Shown: positions 1 to 9,318 of the stretch, piece by piece | Layout: each line of letters begins with the position of its first letter | Position numbering within the stretch: the stretch's first letter is position 1 | The notes under the pieces: model-generated | Seen by the model: the letters and a program-made list of their open reading frames with translations, nothing else | Told to the model about the DNA's origin: nothing | The model's database searches: none | Assembly: GCF_937980635.1 (NCBI RefSeq) | Contig: NZ_CALJPG010000022.1 | Coordinates: 38,516 to 102,515 of the forward strand | DNA length: 64,000 nt | Source of the DNA: an uncultured Campylobacter sp. | Lineage (GTDB): Bacteria > Campylobacterota > Campylobacteria > Campylobacterales > Campylobacteraceae | Direction: 5' to 3' | Made by a program: the position numbers and the translations under genes

Positions 1-756
1 GACGACGGCTTTATGCGACTATGAAATTTAGCCTCGAAGCGGCGTGATAAAACCAGCAAAGCAACGCCGTGCTTTGTTATTTCACACTCTTGGCGCGGAT
101 TCCAAAATACTTTCTAAGCCGCCGATGCTAAGTTTCAAGACACTTCTTGGCTACTCAATATCGGCTTACAAAAAATACTTTCTTGATGCAAGCCGTAAAT
201 TCAGACTAAATTCCAAAGACGAAATTTTAATTTGCTCCGCGCTGATCGCGCGCAAATGCGATCTATTTTCGCACTCTGTTTTGCAGTGCGACATAGGCTA
301 CAAGCAAAATTAAAGACGCAAATTTAACCGCGCTTAGAATTTAATCTTTTATGAAATCTAAATTTAGCCGCACATTCAAAGCCGCAAGCGCCGCTCTTTG
401 TAAATTTTAAAATTTAAAAGCCGTAAATTTAATCCCCTTGCTACGCAGCGATTTTTTCCAAAATCAAAAAGCGAACTATTTTTACTCTCGCAACACACTC
501 ATCTCGCACATTTAGCGGCGTGGCTCTTACGCTGCAAACGAGCTTTCTCAAAGCTTTGTAACGCGCGCCAAATTAGACATGTCAGATGCTTTGCCAAGCG
601 CCTTTCAAAGCTCATTTATAGCGCTTGCTATAAGTAGAATTTTGCGCGGCACAGTAACGATTGTGACCTTTTTAAAGAACGTGCCGCGAGAGTTTAAGCT
701 TATTTAAATTTTCTCAAAAACGCGCGCCGTAAGGCTCAAAGTCCATTTTCACGCGC

Positions 757-1773
757 TTAATCAACTACCGCGATCCCCGCATCTGCGCATGCTTTTCGCG
801 CCTTTTTCGATATACCGATGCCGGTCGTTTCGATTTTTTTAAGATTTTTGAATTGCGCAAGCTCGGCAGCATCGATATTTTTGATGTCAAAAAGCCCGTC
901 CTCGCCGTCCCAATCAGGCGCGATTTTCAGATAAATTTCATTTCCGCCGTCAAGATAGAGCTCGCTCACCCGCTCCGCCAGATTTGCGGGGATCGGGTAG
1001 TTCTTAAACCACTTTTTGGCTTGTGGCAGGGCGCCAAAATCCGCATACGGATCGATGCCGCGCTCCTCGCAGTACTCAAACACGTCAAATTTAGGCTGTA
1101 GCAGGGCTTTTTCATACATCAGCTCGTTCATCACGGCGATTTTGAAATTGAAATTTTTAAACAGAAGCGTCTCGCCAGCCGCGCACGGAAGCTTAAATTT
1201 ATCGCTCGGCTTTCGCTTTAGCTTTTTCTCTTTTTGATTGATGCAGACGCGCCCTATCGGCATTTTCGCAGCTCGCACGATGTCTGCGATCTCGTCGGTG
1301 TCGCGCTTAGCGAAGCGCTCGGCGAAATCCATCGCGCCTATACGCTCCTGCACGGCCTCGGCTAAAGCTAGCGATACTTCGAATTTGCCCAGGCTAAGCT
1401 CCAAAAATATATATGCGCCGCGCAGCTCCTGCTCTGGCACCGCCTCAAGCGGCGGCCTGCCCTCTAGCGTGAACGCGCCGCCGTAGAGCTTGCGCGGAAC
1501 CTCGTGCTGCACGCCTTTTGCGACCTCAAGCATCAAAATTATCTCGGCAAGCTTCGGTTCTGCGAGCTCGCCTGCGCGCACGAAAGCAAAAATCCCCGCC
1601 TCATCCCAAAAATAGCGGCTTTTACCCTCTCCGTCATCAATCACGCGCGGCTGGCCCAGGGCTTCGTTAAATTTAGCCAGACCAAACCCGCAGTTTACGC
1701 CGCCAATAGAAACGCCGTCCGAACGTACATCGACGTCAAAATTTTGCTTTTTAAAAATGTCAAACAGTCCCAT
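757..1773 (-). CDS. hypothetical protein (possible immunity-type protein, unassigned family)
   Basis: 338-aa ORF. ATG is preceded by an AGGAGA-type RBS. It lies 35 nt downstream of the SMI1-like gene on the same strand. I can name no catalytic motif. Confidence 0.6.
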   Translation of the reverse strand: MGLFDIFKKQNFDVDVRSDGVSIGGVNCGFGLAKFNEALGQPRVIDDGEGKSRYFWDEAGIFAFVRAGELAEPKLAEIILMLEVAKGVQHEVPRKLYGGAFTLEGRPPLEAVPEQELRGAYIFLELSLGKFEVSLALAEAVQERIGAMDFAERFAKRDTDEIADIVRAAKMPIGRVCINQKEKKLKRKPSDKFKLPCAAGETLLFKNFNFKIAVMNELMYEKALLQPKFDVFEYCEERGIDPYADFGALPQAKKWFKNYPIPANLAERVSELYLDGGNEIYLKIAPDWDGEDGLFDIKNIDAAELAQFKNLKKIETTGIGISKKARKACADAGIAVVD

Positions 1774-1808
1774 TTCGCCTCTCCTGATTTTTTGCTCTAA
1801 ATTTCATC

Positions 1809-2603
1809 TTAAAATTTTTCCAAAAACCCATAAAAATCGTCTGCGAACAGCCTATCCTCACTCTGCGCGTAGTCGCGCACATAGACCTTGTATTCGCACG
1901 GCGCATCGCCTGCCGCTTCGCTCGCTATCTCTTTCGTCGCTCCATTTGCCGCCTCGTCTGCCATCTCGCTCGTTGTCGCGCCTGCAATTTTACACGTCGT
2001 TTCATCTGCCGCCTCGACATTCATATCGTGCGCCGCATCCGGCGATCTCTCCGCGCGCGCTTCGTCGCCAGATGCCCTATTTTCCGCACCGTCGGCTACC
2101 GTCGCGACGACCGTATCACGCGCCGTCGCGCCCATGGCTTTGCCGCTCGTACTCTTCGCCGTCTTGCCGCGCGCCGTATTGGGCGAGCCGTCCGCTATGT
2201 CGCTTGCAGGCGAAATTTTAAAATAATACTCCTCGTCCTCGAGCTGCAAAAACACAAGCTCGTCCGCGGCGAATAGCCCGTTTTTTAGATTTACATCATG
2301 CGTGTAGCAGATGTCGGCGTCGGCACTATCCGCAAACTCGGGCGGCGCGATCGTTTTTAGCTCCGTCCCCGCCGCGCTGACGCTGGCGTATCTTAGCAGC
2401 ATCTGCTTATAGCTCGCAGGCAGCGCGAAACCGAGCCGCCGCTGTGCCTGCGCGATCCATGCGGGCTCTATGTCGCTGCGCCCCGCGGCTGCGATATTTT
2501 TAGATTTTTGAATAAGTTTTTCTATCGTTTTGATCCCGTTTCGAGCGAAAAATTTTAATGCCTTAGCGCACCAGACGCGCTGTTTGCATAAACCCGCGAG
2601 CAT
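1809..2603 (-). CDS. SMI1/KNR4 (SUKH-1) family protein with internal low-complexity insert
   Basis: The N-terminal segment AWIAQAQRRLGFALPASYKQMLLRYA resembles the SMI1_KNR4 signature (LP.dYk.fL..yNG). The C-terminal VYVRDYAQSEDRLFADDFYGFLEKF is typical of the family. An Ala/Asp/Ser/Thr-rich insert spans about aa 135-235. Confidence 0.65.
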   Translation of the reverse strand: MLAGLCKQRVWCAKALKFFARNGIKTIEKLIQKSKNIAAAGRSDIEPAWIAQAQRRLGFALPASYKQMLLRYASVSAAGTELKTIAPPEFADSADADICYTHDVNLKNGLFAADELVFLQLEDEEYYFKISPASDIADGSPNTARGKTAKSTSGKAMGATARDTVVATVADGAENRASGDEARAERSPDAAHDMNVEAADETTCKIAGATTSEMADEAANGATKEIASEAAGDAPCEYKVYVRDYAQSEDRLFADDFYGFLEKF

Positions 2604-2745
2604 TTGGCGCGGCTTTGAAAATCTAAATTTAAAAGCACGCTCGGCTTCAAAACCAAAGCTAGCCGTTTAAAATTTCGAGCAGTCCGCGCATAAAATTTTG
2701 ACCGCAAACGCGAACCGGCAGAGTTCTAGCGATCTAAATTTAGCG

Positions 2746-3123
2746 CTAAGCCCTAGCCAGCGCTATTACTTCGATCTCCACAAGCGCGCCTTTGGGGAGC
2801 ATGGCGACCTGCACCGTGCTGCGAGCGGGCTTGTGCTCGCCGAACGCCGCTGCGTATATCTCGTTCACCGCGGCAAAATCGCCCATATCGGCCAGAAAAA
2901 TCGTCGTTTTGACGGCATCCTGCAGCGTCGCGCCCGCTTCTTTCAGGATCGCGGCGAGGTTTTGCAAAACCTGCCTGCTTTGCGCCTCCACGCCGCCCGC
3001 GACAAACTCGCCGTCCGGCTTAAGCGCGATCTGCCCCGAGGTAAAGATGAGTCCGCCCGCCTTGATCGCCTGGGAGTACGGTCCGATGGCCTGCGCCGCA
3101 TCGGGAGTCGAGATGATCTGCAT
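2746..3123 (-). CDS. ridA: RidA/YjgF family reactive-intermediate deaminase
   Basis: MQIISTPDAAQAIGPYSQAIKAGGLIFTSGQI...LPKGALVEIEVIA is a near-canonical RidA sequence. Start trimmed to the internal ATG at 3123. Confidence 0.88.
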   Translation of the reverse strand: MQIISTPDAAQAIGPYSQAIKAGGLIFTSGQIALKPDGEFVAGGVEAQSRQVLQNLAAILKEAGATLQDAVKTTIFLADMGDFAAVNEIYAAAFGEHKPARSTVQVAMLPKGALVEIEVIALARA

Positions 3124-3219
3124 AGTAAATCCTTTGTGAAAAATTTCGACCATTTTATCGCAAAATATTTTAACTTTGTTTTAGGCGGCGGAATTTCGCG
3201 AACGAGGTTGCGGGTGTAG

Positions 3220-4500
3220 AGGGCGCGACGGTGCAGCTAAAATTAATGGGCGAAAAAGCGGTGGCACGGTAAAATTAATAAGCGCGGGGCGGCTAAATTT
3301 CGTTTATGCAAACACTGCAATGCGGTGAAATTTAAATGGCATGGATGGGCAAAATTTCGCCTACGATAGCAGAATGAAATGGCAAACGCAGCGGTGCGGT
3401 TAAATTTATCGCACAAAATACAGCGGACAATATGCGAGAAGCTAGCGCGGAATAGCGAGCTGTGGCGGCGAAACGGCAAATTTAAAAGAGCTGACGGGCA
3501 CAGAAAACAGAGCGTGAAAGTGCGGCTAAATTTAATCGATACGGGCACGGCGGCGAATCTGCACAGCAAATGGTTGAACTGTGGGCACGAGCACAGGGCG
3601 AGTAAAACGACTCGCTAACGGTGGCGTGTATTTTAAAAAGCAAGTAAGCGGGAAAGAGGCGTACGTGACGGTGCCCGATTAAATTTCATCAATGCGAGCA
3701 TGATAACGCCACGCGCTCGGCAATACGACAACTCTATCAGCGGCACTGAATGAATGCATGGCGATACGACAAAATAGATACGGACAGTACGGCTAAATTT
3801 AGCCGATGCGAATGGACGAAACTTCATCGGCATCGTTACGGTAATAAATTAAATTCCTTGCGGTAGTAAGATCATCAATGTCTCGACCAGTAAAATCAAG
3901 CCGCCTATGGTAGTGATACGGGCGAAGGGGCGGTAAAAGCAGCGCCAAAATCGCTACCATCGCAGCAGAAAGAACAGCGCCGTCATAAAAAAATCAATGC
4001 GACACCGCGCAACGCAATTAAAATCCTCTCAGTAGCAAGCGCGACAACGAAGTTGTCGATGTAGCGGAGCAAAATCAGCGCCACCAAAATAATAAAATCA
4101 AAGACCTCATGACAAGCAAGGCATCCGACGTAACGCCAATAAAATCAACATCGCAGCAGCGGGAAATTAGTGCCATCAAAGCGAGACTGGCGCGACCCTA
4201 CAGCAAGATCTGCGCTACTGCGGCAAGTTCGGTGCGACGTTACGACAATATTCGCGCGTTATTCCAGCAACAAGCTAGGCTCCGTCGCAGCACAATAGAT
4301 ACGGAAGCTACGATAAAATCGACACTACAATTAAATTTGCAGTGTAGCAGTAAATTTGGTGCGACACTGCGGCAAGATGGCGCCGCAGCAGCAAACTAAG
4401 CACCATCGAGGCGGCAAGATCGGCGCTGCCGTAGCATATCGGCGAGGGTTCATAAAATTTTACGCGAAATTTTATACGAAATCCTGTATAAAATTCTATG
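3220..4500. repeat. ORF-poor, purine-skewed spacer with degenerate GGTGC-N-TAAATT(A/T)AT modules
   Basis: Repeated modules include gacggtgcagctaaaattaat, gcggtggcacggtaaaattaat, gcggtgcggttaaatttatc, agtgcggctaaatttaatc and gacggtgcccgattaaatttcatc. No convincing ORF on either strand. Confidence 0.5.
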
Positions 4501-4546
4501 ATTTTGGCTTGAGATTGGTCTGCGATCGGCCTTCAATCGGTCTGTA

Positions 4547-5308
4547 TCAATTTGCAATCAGTCCGTAAAGTAGCTTTAAAATCGTCGCGGCAACGACGAA
4601 CAGAAGCATCTTGCGCACGAATTTCACGTCGCATCGCATCACTAGACTTGAGCCTGCGAAGCTGCCTGCGATCTGTCCGACCGCCATCACCGCTCCGACG
4701 AGCCATAAAATTTGCCCGCCGATGATAAAAACGCCCAAAGAGACGATATTTGAGGTGAAATTTAAAACCTTCGTGTGCGCGACCGCCTTTTTCATATAAA
4801 GCCCTAAAATTCCAACCATCGCAAACGTCCAAAAAGAGCCTGTGCCCGGACCGAAAAATCCGTCGTAAAAGCCCAAAACAAGCCCAAAAATCGCGTAAAA
4901 GCTATTTTTTGACATCTTGGGTTTTGCGGGCACTTCGCCTAGGTTTGGCGAAAAAATCATATAAAAGAAAAGTGCCAGTAGCAGGATCGGAATGAGGTAA
5001 TTTAGGAATTTCGCATCAATTAGAAGCAGGACATAAGCGCCTACGAGTCCGCCGATAAACGTAAAAACTACGCCGCGCAAGATCTCCGCCGCATCGACGT
5101 AACCCTTGCGGATGAAATTTAAAGCGGCGGTGAAGCTTCCGAAACTGCCTTGAAATCTATTTGTAGCGATCGCTACATGCGGCGGAACGCCCACGGCAAG
5201 CAGCGCAGGCAGCGAAATCAACCCGCCTCCGCCCGCGATCGAGTCGATAAATCCGCCGAAAAACGCCGCTGCAAAAAGCACCGCAAACTGCCAAAGCTCA
5301 AGCTCCAT
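4547..5308 (-). CDS. TSUP (TauE/SafE, YfcA-like) family membrane transporter
   Basis: FFGGFIDSIAGGGGLISLPALL...ATNRF motif; polytopic hydrophobic protein of 253 aa. Confidence 0.85.
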   Translation of the reverse strand: MELELWQFAVLFAAAFFGGFIDSIAGGGGLISLPALLAVGVPPHVAIATNRFQGSFGSFTAALNFIRKGYVDAAEILRGVVFTFIGGLVGAYVLLLIDAKFLNYLIPILLLALFFYMIFSPNLGEVPAKPKMSKNSFYAIFGLVLGFYDGFFGPGTGSFWTFAMVGILGLYMKKAVAHTKVLNFTSNIVSLGVFIIGGQILWLVGAVMAVGQIAGSFAGSSLVMRCDVKFVRKMLLFVVAATILKLLYGLIAN

Positions 5309-5845
5309 TTTTGTCCTTTTTTTTCAAATCACGCAGGCACGTGCTATGAACGCCTGTCAGAATTCTCGCAATTACGATCGCAAACCGCTCATGCACCGCA
5401 AAGTGCATACGAGCGCCTGCTAGAATTCCATGCAATTTTATAAAATTCCACGGAATTATATCGGATTTTGCCGCACGGCTCCTGCTTAAATTTTATGAAA
5501 TTTACCGCGCGATTGCCGTTTTAGCTCCATGCATTTTATCGCGTCACGCACAAGCTGCAAAATTCTATAAAATTTTAGCAATGCAAAGCGGCGAAATTTT
5601 ACCCAAATTCTACAAGATAGCCCTATAAATTTCGCGCAGCTATCCGTGAAATTTGCAGAATTTTATAAAGCGATCTTTTGCTAAAATTTTATGAAATTTC
5701 GACGCGCTATACTTAAGGCGCGCGGCAAAATCCATAAAGCCAGCCCTACTTATGCGGCAAAACAGCGCAAAATTCCGCCGCACAGCCGCACTAAAACTTC
5801 ATAAAATTTCATCGCCCCGCTCGTACCAGATAAAATTTCGCCGAC

Positions 5846-6634
5846 TTACTTCGCAGTTTTACCTAAACTCGCGCTTAGTTCGGGTAAAATTTTATCTATC
5901 TCGCCGCTCTGCCCGAGGCGATACAGCGCGAAGTCGTATTTGATGGGATCGCTCGGATCGAAGCGTCTTAAGCTTTGCGTAAGCTGCAAAACCGCCTCAA
6001 AATCGTAACTCTTGCGATCGATCAGCCCAAGCTTAAGCGAAACTTTATGCGTATGGGTATCGAGCGGGATGAGGAGGCGCGATTTTTCGATCTTTCTGTA
6101 CAGCCCCAGATCGATGTCGCTGTCGCGCACCGCCCAGCGCAGGAAGAGATTGTAGCGCTTGTACGGCGACGTGGGCTTTTGCGCGAAACCGCGCCCGAAA
6201 AAAAACTCATACCCAGGGCTACGGTAGGGATTTAATCTGTAAATCTCGCCGATTAAAAAATTTATCCCATCCTCGATCCGTCCGCTTTTTTGCATGCCGC
6301 GAAGCACGCTCTCCTCGATGCTAAGACTATTTTTAAGCCGCTTTAAAGTTATAAAAATTTCAGCGACGTCGCGCGAGCTTTGAAATCTATATTTTTTGCC
6401 CGCAAGCTCCGCTCTCATGCGCTCATCGCTCCCATCTAAAAGCGAAAAATCAAGCGAGTGGAGAAATTTTAAAATTTGAGCCGCGTTACCGTAAGCAAAC
6501 AGCGCGCAAATAAGCGCTACGACGTCGTTTCGATGTTGCTTTGCGACCTGCAGCGGATCGGGCGCGCCGAAAAGATCCGCGTCGCAATTTTTCAAATCGG
6601 CGTAATAATCTAAAATTTGCTTTAAATTTTTCAT
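5846..6634 (-). CDS. TIGR02757/DUF2400 family protein
   Basis: 262-aa ORF. It resembles the Campylobacter/Helicobacter TIGR02757 family (recalled, not searched). It has a 4-nt overlap with the upstream gene in the same operon. Confidence 0.6.
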   Translation of the reverse strand: MKNLKQILDYYADLKNCDADLFGAPDPLQVAKQHRNDVVALICALFAYGNAAQILKFLHSLDFSLLDGSDERMRAELAGKKYRFQSSRDVAEIFITLKRLKNSLSIEESVLRGMQKSGRIEDGINFLIGEIYRLNPYRSPGYEFFFGRGFAQKPTSPYKRYNLFLRWAVRDSDIDLGLYRKIEKSRLLIPLDTHTHKVSLKLGLIDRKSYDFEAVLQLTQSLRRFDPSDPIKYDFALYRLGQSGEIDKILPELSASLGKTAK

Positions 6635-7908
6635 TTTGCGTAGTAGCTCATCGTCGTAGCGCCGAATTTACGCGATTTAAGCAGCACGAAATCGCCGATT
6701 TTAAGCGGCAACCCAAGCTCGCTCATATGCTCGATCGCGATTAGCAGCTCGAACTGCGCGGAGCCTAGGCGCGCTATCAGCGCCAGCATCCGCTCATAAA
6801 TCCCGCCAAAGCCCTGTCTGATCGCAAACGGCGGGTCCAGATAGACAAACACTCTGCGCGCAGGATCGAAGACGGAATTTTCTATGGAATTCGCAGTAGA
6901 ATTTTTTCTTGAATCATAGATGAAATTTGCGTTTGAATGTAAATTTTCTCCGTAGCTAGCGTTAAAATTCTCGCCTAAATTTAAGATTTCTTTCTCTTCG
7001 CAGCTCACGTCTAAGCCCACACCGCGATTTGCGTCAAAATTAGAACTTACGCCGCATTTTGAGCTTAAATTTACGTTGCAATTAACGGTCTCGGTGCCGC
7101 TTGCATCGTATTGCGAAGCGGAGCTCGCGTCAAACTTTTCGCTAAAGCTCGCGGCGTCCGTAGCTAGCGAATCCACGCAGTATTTTATGCTAGTAGCACC
7201 CGCGTAATCGAGAATCTGGGCACAACCGCCAAAGCTCTCATCGCCTGCGTAATCACCATTTGCGCCGCTCTGCGCGCCATTTTGCGCTCTGTCAGACATA
7301 CTACTTCGCGTGCTGCATTTAGCCAAATCTTTCACGCCGCTTTGCGTGTCGCTTTCCGCTCCGATGCCTTGCGCGGCGCAGTATCCGTTCTCGCCCTGCT
7401 CTACGCTACTAAAGCTTTTGCGACAACCCTCTTTTTCGCTGCTTAAATTCTCACAGCAGGCGGCATCGGAAGCGCGGTTTTTGTCTAAATTTTTGCCGCT
7501 CAAATTTAGCGAATTCGCGCCCGAGCGTCCGTTCATATCCGCTTGTAGCTCATGCAAAATTTCGCTCAGTCGCTCGAAGCAATCGCCCAAAATCGCATTT
7601 GCGCCGAGCCCGAAAAACTCGAAATTTTTCTGCATTATCTTATGCGCCGCAGCGTCCTTTTCGATCGCATAAACGTTTTTTGCGCCGTTACTTAGCGCTT
7701 CAAGCGCCATCGCGCCGCTACCGCCGAAGCACTCGATAAACGCCGCGCCGCGCAACTCCGCCCGCCAAGTATCGAAAAACGAACCCTTTACGATGCTTTT
7801 CGTGCTGCGCGTGCTCGAAAGTGCGGGCAGAGCGAGCTTTTTGCCCTTATAAATGCCGCTTGAAATTTGCGTAAAGAGCGTGCCGGCGGGTTTGGAAAAT
7901 TTAGCCAT
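6631..7908 (-). CDS. rsmD: RsmD-like 16S rRNA (guanine-N2) methyltransferase with a ~230-aa internal insert
   Basis: N-terminus GKKLALP...RSTKSIVKGSFFD...FIECFGGSGAMALEALSNGAKNVYAIEKD (SAM motif I). C-terminus VFVYLDPPF (DPPF/DPPY motif IV). The two are separated by Ser/Asn/Ala/Gly-rich sequence. Confidence 0.75.
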   Translation of the reverse strand: MAKFSKPAGTLFTQISSGIYKGKKLALPALSSTRSTKSIVKGSFFDTWRAELRGAAFIECFGGSGAMALEALSNGAKNVYAIEKDAAAHKIMQKNFEFFGLGANAILGDCFERLSEILHELQADMNGRSGANSLNLSGKNLDKNRASDAACCENLSSEKEGCRKSFSSVEQGENGYCAAQGIGAESDTQSGVKDLAKCSTRSSMSDRAQNGAQSGANGDYAGDESFGGCAQILDYAGATSIKYCVDSLATDAASFSEKFDASSASQYDASGTETVNCNVNLSSKCGVSSNFDANRGVGLDVSCEEKEILNLGENFNASYGENLHSNANFIYDSRKNSTANSIENSVFDPARRVFVYLDPPFAIRQGFGGIYERMLALIARLGSAQFELLIAIEHMSELGLPLKIGDFVLLKSRKFGATTMSYYAK

Positions 7909-8230
7909 TTTGTCTTCTTAAAATTTCGATAATTCTTGCCTTAAACTCATCAAACAGCGCACAAATTTCCTCTTCCGCCGCGTCGTATTCGCTAAGATCC
8001 TGCTTTAGCGAGCCTTGAAAATCTTCTAACTTCAATAGCAGAGTATTCTTTGAGAACGGTAGCGCCAAATCTCCGCCCTCGCCGATCAAAAATAGCGGTT
8101 TTGCCGAGCTTTGCGGCTCATCGCTTATCACAAAGTCGCAATCCTGCGCGCTTACGGTATGGTCCTTCAAAAATAGCTCCAGCGTCTTTTGCAAAATTTC
8201 GCAGTCGCAATCGATAAAAGCTTTCATCAA
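7901..8230 (-). CDS. hypothetical protein
   Basis: 109-aa ORF overlapping both neighbours by 4-8 nt in a tightly packed minus-strand operon. Confidence 0.55.
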   Translation of the reverse strand: MMKAFIDCDCEILQKTLELFLKDHTVSAQDCDFVISDEPQSSAKPLFLIGEGGDLALPFSKNTLLLKLEDFQGSLKQDLSEYDAAEEEICALFDEFKARIIEILRRQNG

Positions 8231-9318
8231 AGCCCCTTTTTAAATTTTATCATCTTAAACTTCTCGCCAAACTCCGCGCGCAGGTGATTGAACTGCAAAA
8301 GCGCGTTGTGATAGCCCTTCTCGCCGCTTTTTTGCATAAAAAGCTCTAAAAGCTGGACCGCGCCGAAGTCTATCAAAGCCGCGATCTGTCTTTTAAAATC
8401 CGTCGTCACGGCGCCCGCGTCCTCAAACGCCGCGCGTAAAATTTCAAAATTTACGTCGTAGGTAAGATCGCTTTTGCCGTAAAAATCGCTCAAGTTTTGC
8501 ACCTCAAAGAAGCTAAAAACTTCGTGATTTCGGTAAATTCGCAGGCTAAAATCGCCGCTAGAGCCCATCTGTCCGTAATCAAAGACGATGAAATAAAACC
8601 GCTGCGCGCTGGCACAAATTTCGCGCGCGAAGCGAAAGTATCCGATCGGGATTTCGCCGCGCGATATGCCGAATCTGCGTGCGAGGGTCAAAATTTCGCG
8701 TTCTTTTATGGGGGCAAATTTTACCGCGCCGCTTTCGATAAAAAGCATATTTTCGCCGTCCACCGCCTCGCATTTAAAGGCGTCGAAAAGCTCGTTTGCC
8801 ACAAAGATCGCATCTTTAAATTTCGCCTCGTGTACGCTCGCAAAGTGCTTTAGCGCGATTTCGTCACCGAAGCTCTCTGCAAAGCTCGCTCGCTGCAGCT
8901 CGCGCAGGCGCTCGTGCGGCTCGATAATCGCAAAGCTAAATTTATCAAGCGCCGCCGCACCGCCCAGCGTAAAGATCGCTTGCGCTATGTCGCAAAGCAG
9001 CCGCCCGTCGTGCGAGCCGATCTCTACGATAGCGATTTTGGCGCTCTTTTGCGGCTTTTTTGCAGGCGCAGCGTCTAAATTTAACTCGCTCGCCGCAAGG
9101 TTTTGCCGCGACCTATCTGGGTTCGCCGCCGCGTCTAGGCTTAACTCTTGCGCCGCGCAAAAATCCGCGCTTAGGCGTAAAATTTCGCGTGCGATGCAGA
9201 TCCCAAAAAAGCTTCCTACGCTTACGGCAGTGTAAAAATCGCCGATCTTGCCGATTTTAGCGGCATTTGCGTAGTAACTCTCGTTAAGCCAGCCCTCGAA
9301 AAAATCGCTAAATTTCAC
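8227..9318 (-). CDS. MidA/NDUFAF7-like (DUF185) SAM-dependent methyltransferase
   Basis: N-terminus GDFYTAVSVGSFFGICIAREI and IVEIGSHDGRL match the DUF185 layout (recalled). Operon context. Confidence 0.65.
   Translation of the reverse strand: MKFSDFFEGWLNESYYANAAKIGKIGDFYTAVSVGSFFGICIAREILRLSADFCAAQELSLDAAANPDRSRQNLAASELNLDAAPAKKPQKSAKIAIVEIGSHDGRLLCDIAQAIFTLGGAAALDKFSFAIIEPHERLRELQRASFAESFGDEIALKHFASVHEAKFKDAIFVANELFDAFKCEAVDGENMLFIESGAVKFAPIKEREILTLARRFGISRGEIPIGYFRFAREICASAQRFYFIVFDYGQMGSSGDFSLRIYRNHEVFSFFEVQNLSDFYGKSDLTYDVNFEILRAAFEDAGAVTTDFKRQIAALIDFGAVQLLELFMQKSGEKGYHNALLQFNHLRAEFGEKFKMIKFKKGL

Noticed and set aside
44-313. 89-aa ORF at the window start
   Set aside because: It has a GTG start without an RBS, sits in an AAATTT-rich spacer, and has no motif.
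1757-2226. 154-aa and 112-aa plus-strand ORFs (Pro/Arg/Ser-rich)
   Set aside because: They are antisense to the SMI1-like gene's low-complexity insert. Composition is typical of a GC-rich antisense frame, and there is no RBS.
3243-4399. ORFs 3243-3569 (-), 3379-3618 (+) and 4109-4399 (+)
   Set aside because: They fall inside the purine-skewed repeat block. Their translations are repeat-driven (Arg/Ala/Ser/Lys), and they have no starts with an RBS.
3220-4500. Possible CRISPR array, also considered for the other AAATTT-rich spacers
   Set aside because: Repeats are short, degenerate and irregularly spaced. There is no constant repeat/spacer periodicity and no cas genes in the window.
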